The position numbers and the translations under genes are program-made. DNA of 64,000 nt from Pseudothermotoga sp. (GTDB taxonomy: Bacteria; Thermotogota; Thermotogae; Thermotogales; DSM-5069): the NCBI GenBank assembly GCA_041640575.1, contig JBEPZZ010000003.1, forward strand, positions 39,709-103,708. The letters run 5' to 3'. Positions 35,761-43,712 of this stretch are shown piece by piece. Numbering within the stretch: the first letter of the stretch is position 1; every line of letters starts with the position of its first letter. The notes beneath the pieces were generated by a model. The model did no database searches. It saw nothing but the letters and a program-made list of their open reading frames with translations, and had not been told where the DNA came from.

Positions 35761-37806
35761 ATGAAGAATCTTGATGTTGCTGTTGCAGTTCTGATAGTTT
35801 CAATAGTGTTTCTTATGGTTCTTCCAATACCAGCTTTTGCGCTGGATTTTTTCCAGTTGCTAAACATTTCTATTTCCATGGTTATTTTGTTCTCAGCGAT
35901 GTATGTTAAACACGCTCTGGATATGTCTTCTTTTCCAACGATGTTACTAATTGTAACACTCTTTCGGTTAGGTTTGAATGTGGCTTCTACAAGGATGATA
36001 TTACTTGAAGGAGAGAAATTTGAAGGAAAAGTTATCAGAACTTTTGGGGAATTTGTTGTTAAAGGTGACTATATTGTTGGTTTGATAGTTTTCATAATTC
36101 TGGTGATAATTCAATTTATTGTCATAACCAGAGGTGCCGAAAGAATAGCAGAAGTCGCAGCACGATTTACTTTAGACGCGATGCCAGGTAAGCAAATGAG
36201 TGTCGATGCAGATTTGAACGCTGGCCTCATAACGGAACAAGAGGCACGACAAAGGCGTGAAACAATAAGGCGTGAAGCAGATTTCTATGGAGCCATGGAC
36301 GGCGCAACGAAGTTTGTTCGAGGTGACGCTATCGCCAGCATAATAATTGTCTTAGTAAATATTCTTGGCGGTCTTTTGATAGGTGTCCTAAGACATGGTC
36401 TTAACTTAGCGGATGCGGCAAGAATTTATGCATTGTTAACAGTTGGAGATGGTTTGGTGACTCAGATACCAGCGTTGCTTGTGTCTACTGCAACTGGTAT
36501 CTTAGTTTCAAGGGCAGCTTCTAAAGAAAACCTTGGCCAAGATTTGATAAGAGAACTTACTTCTGAGCGGAAAGTTTTGATAATCAGCGGCTTGATACTC
36601 ATTTTCTTGGGAATCGCAACCCCCTTACCTTTTACAAGTGCAATAATTGGGTTAGCTTTTATATTGCTGGCTGTTTACACATCAAGAATGACTCCACAGC
36701 TTGAGAAAGTTCCGATATCCGCAGCACCTACCCCGGTTACACCAACCAAACCAATTCTCACTACTCCGCAAGAAGTTGCGGATGTTTTGCAAACGGATAC
36801 CGTGGAAATTGAGATAGGATACGGATTGCTGCCGCTTGCAGATCCATCGCAAGGTGGTGATCTGCTAGAAAGGATAACAATGATACGAAAACAACTTGCC
36901 TTTGATCTAGGATTGGTGCTGTCACCGATCAGAATTCGAGATAGCGTGTTGCTAAAACCAAATGAATATCTCATAAAAATTAGAGGTGCAGAAATAACCA
37001 GGTATGAACTTATGCCAAGCCGCTTGCTAGCGATTAATCCGGGTACTGCATCTCAGAGGATTTCAGGTATTCCAACTAAGGAACCTGCTTTTGGCATGCA
37101 AGCTTTTTGGATCGAGCCTGCGCGTAAGGATGAAGCCACAAGGTTGGGCTACACGGTCGTCGATCCACCAACAGTTTTCGCAACACACCTTACTGAAACA
37201 CTTAAGCGAAATGCTTCGGAACTGCTTGGAACAAGGGAATTCAATCTTTTGATTGATGGTTTAAAAGAAAAATTCCCACAGCTAGTTAGCGACTTGATTC
37301 CGTCCATGTTAAAACCTGGTGATGTTAAGAAGATACTACAAAGACTCCTAAGTGAGCAAATTTCGATACGGAATCTACCACTCATTTTCGAGACACTTTT
37401 GGAGCACGCCGAAAAAACGACAGACGTGGTCTACTTAACTGAGCAAGTTCGAAGGGCTTTAAAACGGCAGATAGCGCAGTCTCTTCAGGCTGAGGATGGT
37501 AAGATTCACGCAGTTGGTCTTGATTACGAACTGGAAAAGAGATTAGCCGAGTCATTACAGGATGTTGCGGGTGAAAAGAAGATATCCTTGAATCCGCAGA
37601 TTTTGAGGGAAATTATGGAGAATGTTTCAAAACAACTGGAAGGACTCATGAAGAAAGGGTATCTACCAATAGTAATATGTTCTGGTCCAATTCGACCGTA
37701 CCTTGCTTCAACGGTGAGAAAGTTTTTGCCGAACGTTCCAGTTATAGCTTACGAAGAAGTACCTGAGGATACTACGTTACAAGTGGAAGGTGTGGTTAGA
37801 CTGTGA
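35761..37806 (+). CDS. flhA: Flagellar export protein FlhA
   Basis: AEVAARFTLDAMPGKQM, FYGAMDGA, GDGLV.QIP, EPAFG. Confidence 0.97.
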   Translation: MKNLDVAVAVLIVSIVFLMVLPIPAFALDFFQLLNISISMVILFSAMYVKHALDMSSFPTMLLIVTLFRLGLNVASTRMILLEGEKFEGKVIRTFGEFVVKGDYIVGLIVFIILVIIQFIVITRGAERIAEVAARFTLDAMPGKQMSVDADLNAGLITEQEARQRRETIRREADFYGAMDGATKFVRGDAIASIIIVLVNILGGLLIGVLRHGLNLADAARIYALLTVGDGLVTQIPALLVSTATGILVSRAASKENLGQDLIRELTSERKVLIISGLILIFLGIATPLPFTSAIIGLAFILLAVYTSRMTPQLEKVPISAAPTPVTPTKPILTTPQEVADVLQTDTVEIEIGYGLLPLADPSQGGDLLERITMIRKQLAFDLGLVLSPIRIRDSVLLKPNEYLIKIRGAEITRYELMPSRLLAINPGTASQRISGIPTKEPAFGMQAFWIEPARKDEATRLGYTVVDPPTVFATHLTETLKRNASELLGTREFNLLIDGLKEKFPQLVSDLIPSMLKPGDVKKILQRLLSEQISIRNLPLIFETLLEHAEKTTDVVYLTEQVRRALKRQIAQSLQAEDGKIHAVGLDYELEKRLAESLQDVAGEKKISLNPQILREIMENVSKQLEGLMKKGYLPIVICSGPIRPYLASTVRKFLPNVPVIAYEEVPEDTTLQVEGVVRL

Positions 37807-38912
37807 AAATGAAGAAATACATCGTCTCAGATATAAGGCAAGCTCTAGAACAAATAAGAAAGGATCTTGGAGAAGATGCTATTATTCTCAGTACCCGAAG
37901 TTTCAAAAAAGGTGGGTTTCTTGGTATAGGGGGTAAGAAACTTTTAGAGGTGACTGCAGTAACGGATGAAAAGGAGGATTCAAAGAGAGAAAGTACTGAA
38001 ATTTATCGTTTACAGGAAATGCTTGTGAAAAACAAGGAAAAAAGGCAGGAAGAAGAATTAATGGAGATAAAGCAAATGTTGAGAGAAATGAAATCCATGG
38101 TTTTGTCGATTAAGAAAGAAGATATGTCAGAGGGTATGAAACGACTTTCAATAGCTTTTGAAGGCCAAGGTATCGATCCTGAGATTTCAGGTAAGCTTCT
38201 AGAATACATTCGTCTCAGCCAAGGTGAACCAAAAATTGATGAACCATTTCTTCAAAGGTTGTCAGATTACTTTCAACCTTTTCTCAAAACTGAGGTACCG
38301 GAGCTTCGTGGACCTGTTATGTTTATCGGACCAACTGGAGTAGGGAAGACAACAACGCTGGCAAAAATAGCTGCGAAACTCAAACTTGTTGAGAAAAAAC
38401 ATCTTGCGATCTTAACGCTTGACACATACAGGATAGCTGCAGCTGAGCAGCTGAAGGTTTATGCAACGATTATGGATATCCCAATGCGGGTGGCATACAC
38501 ACCAATGGAAGCAAAGATCGAGCTTGAGGCAATGAGTTCTTTTGATGTTGTGCTGATTGATACAGCTGGTCGCAGTCCCAATAACGATATTCAAATTAGT
38601 GAACTAAAGGCTCTATTTGAGACAGTGTCACCAAAACTGTGTTTTTTGGTTTTATCAATGAATTATAAGTATTCCGATATCAAAGATATGATACGAAAAT
38701 TCTCAGCGGCGAAGTTTTCACACGTAATACTAACCAAGATGGATGAAACAAAATCATACGGTCATCTGATCAATGTTCCTTATCTAGCCGGCGTACCACT
38801 TGCGTACGTCACCAATGGTCAGAGAGTCCCAGAAGACATTATGGAAGCTAATAGACGTGAACTGTCATATCTTCTTGCAAAAGAGGTGTTGGAAACTGCG
38901 AAATCAAGCTGA
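37803..38912 (+). CDS. flhF: SRP-type GTPase FlhF
   Basis: GPTGVGKTTT, DTYR, DTAG, TKMDE, GQRVPED. Confidence 0.95.
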   Translation: MKMKKYIVSDIRQALEQIRKDLGEDAIILSTRSFKKGGFLGIGGKKLLEVTAVTDEKEDSKRESTEIYRLQEMLVKNKEKRQEEELMEIKQMLREMKSMVLSIKKEDMSEGMKRLSIAFEGQGIDPEISGKLLEYIRLSQGEPKIDEPFLQRLSDYFQPFLKTEVPELRGPVMFIGPTGVGKTTTLAKIAAKLKLVEKKHLAILTLDTYRIAAAEQLKVYATIMDIPMRVAYTPMEAKIELEAMSSFDVVLIDTAGRSPNNDIQISELKALFETVSPKLCFLVLSMNYKYSDIKDMIRKFSAAKFSHVILTKMDETKSYGHLINVPYLAGVPLAYVTNGQRVPEDIMEANRRELSYLLAKEVLETAKSS

Positions 38913-39723
38913 GAAATTGTGGACAGAGGATACGAAAATAATCAGCGTAGCTAGTGGTAAAGGCGGTGTTGGGAAAACAGTTATATCTGTAAACTTAGCT
39001 ATTGTTCTTGCTCAGAGAAACCACAGAGTACTTCTATTTGATGTCGACGTAGGTTTTGCGAACGCTGAAATTTTAATGGGGATTGTTCCAAAGTACACAG
39101 TAAAAGATTTTTTGCGTGGCAGAGTTACGCTCGAAGAAACAATTTTCAGAACACCTTTTTCTGTCGACCTAATAAGTACTGGTATGGATGTCGAGGACAT
39201 TGTAACTTTCAATCTTCAACGGAAGAATGATTTATACAATGAATTTCGGCGAATCGCAGGCAAATATGAGTATGTTATTTTTGACTTTCCACCTGGTTTT
39301 AAGGAAAATTTGGACGAATTTTATGCTCAGTCAGATCATCTTGTACTAGTCACAACAACAGAACCAACTTCACTTGTGAATGCTTATACTTTTGTGAAAA
39401 TTATGAGCATTAAGGGACTTGACTCTGAAAGTTTTCACCTTGTTTTGAATATGATTCGTGATATGAAAGAAGGACGTAAAATAGCCGATAAATTCATTTC
39501 GGTTGTCGAAAAATTCACGGGTGTTCTTATTTCGTCTGCCCATCTTATGAAATACGATCAAACAGTCAAGGAAAGTGTATTATATCAGACTCCATTTGTT
39601 ATGAGCAAGAGAAATACCCAGCCATCTTTTGCCATTCAAGGAATAGCTGATACGATAACAAAAAAGATCTCTCAAAGAAGAGTTAGCTTTTTAGAGCGAC
39701 TTAAAATGATCTTCGGTGGATGA
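38896..39723 (+). CDS. flhG: MinD-like ATPase FlhG/FleN; probable CTG start
   Basis: SGKGGVGKT, DVDVGFAN, EPTS; follows flhF. Family N-terminal xNQA motif begins at CTG 38896 behind AAGAGGTG. Confidence 0.9.
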   Translation: MRNQAEKLWTEDTKIISVASGKGGVGKTVISVNLAIVLAQRNHRVLLFDVDVGFANAEILMGIVPKYTVKDFLRGRVTLEETIFRTPFSVDLISTGMDVEDIVTFNLQRKNDLYNEFRRIAGKYEYVIFDFPPGFKENLDEFYAQSDHLVLVTTTEPTSLVNAYTFVKIMSIKGLDSESFHLVLNMIRDMKEGRKIADKFISVVEKFTGVLISSAHLMKYDQTVKESVLYQTPFVMSKRNTQPSFAIQGIADTITKKISQRRVSFLERLKMIFGG

Positions 39724-39739
39724 TTAAGGAGCTGTTCAC

Positions 39740-40426
39740 ATGCCTGAACAGGCTACGTCGGTCGATGCACAGGTAGTTCTTAAACCAGGCATGCCACTCA
39801 TAATTGATTATATTCAAAAAAACGGTGAAAAAATGACGTTGAGAAGTACGATACATGATATAGATTTTGATCGATCGATTATGAAAATGGGAATGCCCAG
39901 CTATAAAGGTCGTTTCGTTCCTATCGGGGCTGGCGAACCTATTCACATTACGGCAATTGCTGAGAAGGTTGTTTACACCTTTGACAGCAGAGTAATAAGT
40001 TACGGGCGGGATGAACAGAACTTCTTAGTGATGTATATAACAGTACCACGGCTTGTTAGACGTGTTCAAAGAAGAAGATATGTAAGAATTCCTTTGATCC
40101 TTGAGGGATCATTCAAGATACCTGGTGAAGATATGTATCATAAATTCGTCACAAGGGATTTTAGCGCGGGCGGTATATTAATGTGCGCAAAATTGTTTCT
40201 ACCGGTAGGTCAACCAATTTTAGTAACGCTTGACTTGGGTTCAATCAAGCTTCAGGATCAAAAAGCTCAAGTAGTGAGATTTGCTGGTAAGAACGAAAAT
40301 ACAGGTTTGTATGAATACGGGGTACAATTTTTGGAGGTTTCCCCACAGCTTGAAAAGAATATGGTAGCATTTGTTTATCAGCAGGAACTGAAGATGAAAA
40401 AGAGTTCTTCTGGGAAGGAGGTCTGA
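39740..40426 (+). CDS. Flagellar brake protein (YcgR-type N-domain + PilZ c-di-GMP receptor)
   Basis: QRRRYVR and DFSAGG PilZ motifs; flagellar context. Confidence 0.9.
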   Translation: MPEQATSVDAQVVLKPGMPLIIDYIQKNGEKMTLRSTIHDIDFDRSIMKMGMPSYKGRFVPIGAGEPIHITAIAEKVVYTFDSRVISYGRDEQNFLVMYITVPRLVRRVQRRRYVRIPLILEGSFKIPGEDMYHKFVTRDFSAGGILMCAKLFLPVGQPILVTLDLGSIKLQDQKAQVVRFAGKNENTGLYEYGVQFLEVSPQLEKNMVAFVYQQELKMKKSSSGKEV

Positions 40427-40427
40427 T

Positions 40428-41036
40428 GTGAAACTAAACGAACGGCAACTCGATCTTTTGAAAGAAATAGGGAATATAGGAACTGGTAACGCAGCTACCG
40501 CATTGTCGACTTTAACGAATAAAAAAGTTGAAATATCGGTTCCGGATGCGCAGATTGTACCTATATCAAAATTACTTTTCACTTTTCCTGATCCGGAAGA
40601 CATTGTTGTTGGGATCAGAATGAACGTATCCGGAGATGTAAAGATGGATATTCTGTTGATACTAGATAGACCAACCGGGAAAAGGATAATAACCGATTTG
40701 CTTGGCAGTCCTTGCGAGGATATAACCCAGCTCGACGAGCTTACGTCTTCCGCTTTCAAGGAAATAGGTAACATAATGTGTGGCTCCTACATTACTGCAC
40801 TTGCTGATTTCACGCAACTTTATCTTGATCCGACACCTCCAGAATTAACAGTTGATATGCTTGCAGCGATTGTTGCTGAGACTGTTCTTGAAAGATATTA
40901 TGAATATGAAGAAGAAGTGGTACTTGTTGAGACTCAAATTAACATCGGTGATGTTAAATCAATAACGTCGTACATGTTTCTAATACCAGGAAAGGATTGC
41001 CTTCAGAAAATTTTCTCGAAGGTGGGAATGGCATGA
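40428..41036 (+). CDS. cheC: CheY-P phosphatase CheC
   Basis: Two EIGNI motifs; adjacent to cheD. Confidence 0.93.
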   Translation: MKLNERQLDLLKEIGNIGTGNAATALSTLTNKKVEISVPDAQIVPISKLLFTFPDPEDIVVGIRMNVSGDVKMDILLILDRPTGKRIITDLLGSPCEDITQLDELTSSAFKEIGNIMCGSYITALADFTQLYLDPTPPELTVDMLAAIVAETVLERYYEYEEEVVLVETQINIGDVKSITSYMFLIPGKDCLQKIFSKVGMA

Positions 41037-41518
41037 TAAAGAAAGTAATAATAGGTATCGGAGAAGTTGCAATAGAGGAAAATCCGAGCGTTTTGGTCAC
41101 ACTCGGCTTGGGTTCGTGTGTAGGAGTTTGTATGAGAGATCCTGTTGCAAGAATTGGTGGAATGGCGCATGTTATGTTACCGGAAAGTCCCTCAACAAAT
41201 GACATCAAAACTCCAGGAAAATACGCCAACACCGCGGTGGACTATCTAGTTGAAAAACTGGTTGCAAAGGGTGCGTCAAAATCAAGATTAGAGGCAAAGA
41301 TAGCTGGTGGTGCGTCTATGTTTGAATCAGGTTCAATGAACATTGGGCAAAGAAACGTTGAATCAGTCAAGAATAGACTCAAGTATCACGGCATAGTCCT
41401 GAAGGCAGAAGATACTGGTGGCAATCGTGCGAGAAGCATCGAATATAATATTGAAACCGGAAAGTTGCTCATCAGAAAAGTTGGTGGAGGAGAAACTGTT
41501 CAAATAACAGAAATATAA
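41033..41518 (+). CDS. cheD: Chemoreceptor glutamine deamidase CheD
   Basis: TLGLGSCVG, AHVMLP, KIAGGA, NIGQRN, EDTGG. Confidence 0.95.
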   Translation: MIKKVIIGIGEVAIEENPSVLVTLGLGSCVGVCMRDPVARIGGMAHVMLPESPSTNDIKTPGKYANTAVDYLVEKLVAKGASKSRLEAKIAGGASMFESGSMNIGQRNVESVKNRLKYHGIVLKAEDTGGNRARSIEYNIETGKLLIRKVGGGETVQITEI

Positions 41519-41532
41519 AGAAAGGTGAGAAT

Positions 41533-42270
41533 GTGTACGTACAAGACGAAGAAAAAATAATCAAGGAATTATTACCTTTAGTTAAAATTGTCGCGTATGA
41601 CTTGAAGAATAACTTGCCCAAAAACGTTGAACTAGATGACTTAATACAAGAAGGTGTGCTAGCTCTAATATCTGCGATAAGAAGATACGATCCATCAAGA
41701 GGAATAAGCATACAGTCTTACACCATAAAAAGAATCAGGGGAGCAATGTACGACTATCTGAGAAAAATCGATTGGATGCCAAGAAACTTGAGAAGAAACA
41801 TAAGAGAGGTCGAAAGGGCAATTTACGAGCTTGAGCCAGCTTTGGGACATTTTCCATCTGTCGATGAAATTTCGACATACACTGGGTTAACTACTTCCGA
41901 AGTGAAAAGAGCTTTGGATGAAATGGTAAGAAGGCAACTTTTAATGCTTGATAAATATCTTTACGAAGAAGAAAGTTTTGCAGACCAACTGGAGGATGAA
42001 GACGATCCTTTCAAGCAGGCTCGTAAAGAGATTCTATTTGAAGAACTGGCTCAAGCCATATCAAAGCTTGATCCTAAGGAAAAGTTGATTATTTCTTTAA
42101 GATTTGAACAAGATCTTTCGTTGAAGGAAATAGGTCTAATTATCGGAACGAGTGAGTCAAGAGTTTCTCAGATTCTGTCAACGGCGTTGATAAAGCTCAA
42201 AAATTTTTTAATGGGTGTGGAGAATGATAACACCAGTGGACCTTCAAACTTTGGTAGTGAAAGGAAATGA
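41533..42270 (+). CDS. fliA: Flagellar sigma factor sigma28 (FliA/WhiG)
   Basis: DDLIQEG, RIRGAMYDYLRKIDWMPR, LSLKEIG...SESRVSQ. Confidence 0.95.
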   Translation: MYVQDEEKIIKELLPLVKIVAYDLKNNLPKNVELDDLIQEGVLALISAIRRYDPSRGISIQSYTIKRIRGAMYDYLRKIDWMPRNLRRNIREVERAIYELEPALGHFPSVDEISTYTGLTTSEVKRALDEMVRRQLLMLDKYLYEEESFADQLEDEDDPFKQARKEILFEELAQAISKLDPKEKLIISLRFEQDLSLKEIGLIIGTSESRVSQILSTALIKLKNFLMGVENDNTSGPSNFGSERK

Positions 42271-42532
42271 AATAGCACAGAATGCAGCGCAAATTCTCAA
42301 TGCGCATACTGCTATGCTTCAGCTTTTTCAGTCTGAGATTCTTAAGCGATCTCAGCAAGAATTAAGGCAGGTTAATCCTGAGAATAAAACTGAAGCCAAG
42401 ATGGTTAAGACTTCCACTGAAGGAGAAAGAAGAAATGAGTATTATTATGCTTCGCGGCCTGAGAAAAGAGAGAATACAGCTGGAAGAATAAAGGAAGAGA
42501 ACAAGGGTTCGTTACTGGATGTGAGATTGTGA
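42224..42532 (+). CDS. Hypothetical protein, flagellar-operon associated
   Basis: MITPVDLQ... Q-rich helix, charged linker, C-terminal KGSLLDVRL; overlaps the fliA end. Confidence 0.7.
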   Translation: MITPVDLQTLVVKGNEIAQNAAQILNAHTAMLQLFQSEILKRSQQELRQVNPENKTEAKMVKTSTEGERRNEYYYASRPEKRENTAGRIKEENKGSLLDVRL

Positions 42533-43020
42533 TAGGTTACGTTTCTGCCAGAAAAATTGAAGAGAAATACACCGGTGGTCTTCTTGTTGTCGACCAGGCC
42601 GGGATTCCTTTAGAGTTCAAGTACACAGAACCTATAATTCCTTCCCAACTTCAAAAGATACTGTATGGGAAATCACTCGAAAGTTATTTGTACATCGAAG
42701 TTATAGGTAAAAACTTGCTTCGCAAAGCCGAAAACAGGTGTGAACTTTACTTTACAGATGTGCCTATTCTAGTTGATTGTTCAGAAAACGTAATTTTTGT
42801 GAGCTATCATCTGTCATCCAGTAACCAAGTTCAGAAGATTTCCACAGAAGAGTGTGTGATTCCAATCCCAGGTGGAGCCCTTAGATTTACCATGTCAAAG
42901 GAGATTACGCAGGACATGATTGAAAAATTGTCAGCGATAGTGGAAGAAGTCGACATTATGGAACCTTTTCAAAGACTTCAAAAGGCTCTTGAGTACGTAT
43001 GCAAATCTTCAACTGGTTGA
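42529..43020 (+). CDS. Hypothetical protein
   Basis: 163 aa; GGLLVVD..GIPLEF.YT.P...LQKILYG; GTGA overlap with the upstream stop. Confidence 0.75.
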   Translation: MIGYVSARKIEEKYTGGLLVVDQAGIPLEFKYTEPIIPSQLQKILYGKSLESYLYIEVIGKNLLRKAENRCELYFTDVPILVDCSENVIFVSYHLSSSNQVQKISTEECVIPIPGGALRFTMSKEITQDMIEKLSAIVEEVDIMEPFQRLQKALEYVCKSSTG

Positions 43021-43712
43021 TACAGGCGCTCAAAATGGAACTAGGTTTTGTAAAAATCAAGGATGTGGGGTTGAACTTGCCTACACCGAATGTCGGGGGA
43101 GAAGTTCTAACTGGTATCGTCGTCGATCTTACGGAAAGAATTTCCGGCAAATTGATCTCACTTTCAGTCATTTCCACAGAGCCAACAGTGAGGAATGTAC
43201 AAACGCCGAGCTCTGATCTGCAAATAGATTCAACTGAATTAAAGTTTTCTGAAACTAATGTGTGCAATATGAGCTTTGCGAGCGATGCGGTCAGTTGCCT
43301 TTTATTTAATGATGAAAAGTTCTCCAAAATTTTGCTGAACAACGTTTCAATGATAAATGATTCGGTTGAAACCTACAGCCTTGATGCTTTTTGTGCATCT
43401 GTGCTAAACAAAACTTTACCTGTTTTGAGAATCGCGAAGTTTAGCTCTAAACCTATCCCGAAAAGTGAAAAGTTAGTCAAGGCTATAATAAAAATGCGTG
43501 CAGAACAAGAAATATCGTCCGATTTCATTTATGTTGGCTTTTATACGCTAGTTCCACTTCGCAGCGCAAAGAGAGTTGTAGTAATAGGGAACGAATTAAT
43601 CCTTGAACTAAGTGACAAGAGCACCGAAAGGAAAGATGTCATAGTGTTCAAAAAGGATCAAGAATACAAGTTTTTGGTGTTTTCAGTCAAGCAGCTGATG
43701 CAAAATATGTAA
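42999..43712 (+). CDS. Hypothetical protein
   Basis: 237-aa ORF closing the plus-strand block; 3' end overlaps the convergent mfd by 30 nt. Confidence 0.65.
   Translation: MQIFNWLIQALKMELGFVKIKDVGLNLPTPNVGGEVLTGIVVDLTERISGKLISLSVISTEPTVRNVQTPSSDLQIDSTELKFSETNVCNMSFASDAVSCLLFNDEKFSKILLNNVSMINDSVETYSLDAFCASVLNKTLPVLRIAKFSSKPIPKSEKLVKAIIKMRAEQEISSDFIYVGFYTLVPLRSAKRVVVIGNELILELSDKSTERKDVIVFKKDQEYKFLVFSVKQLMQNM

Noticed and set aside
40241..40774. Long antisense ORFs (177 aa here; also 26439-26885, 53240-53809, 62620-63069)
   Set aside because: Shadows of well-conserved genes on the opposite strand, with no SD and no recognisable motifs.
29600..43712. Sigma28 promoters (TAAA-N15-GCCGATAA) in the flagellar cluster
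   Set aside because: No correctly spaced intergenic match was found by eye; GCCGATAA at about 39484 is inside flhG without a matching -35.
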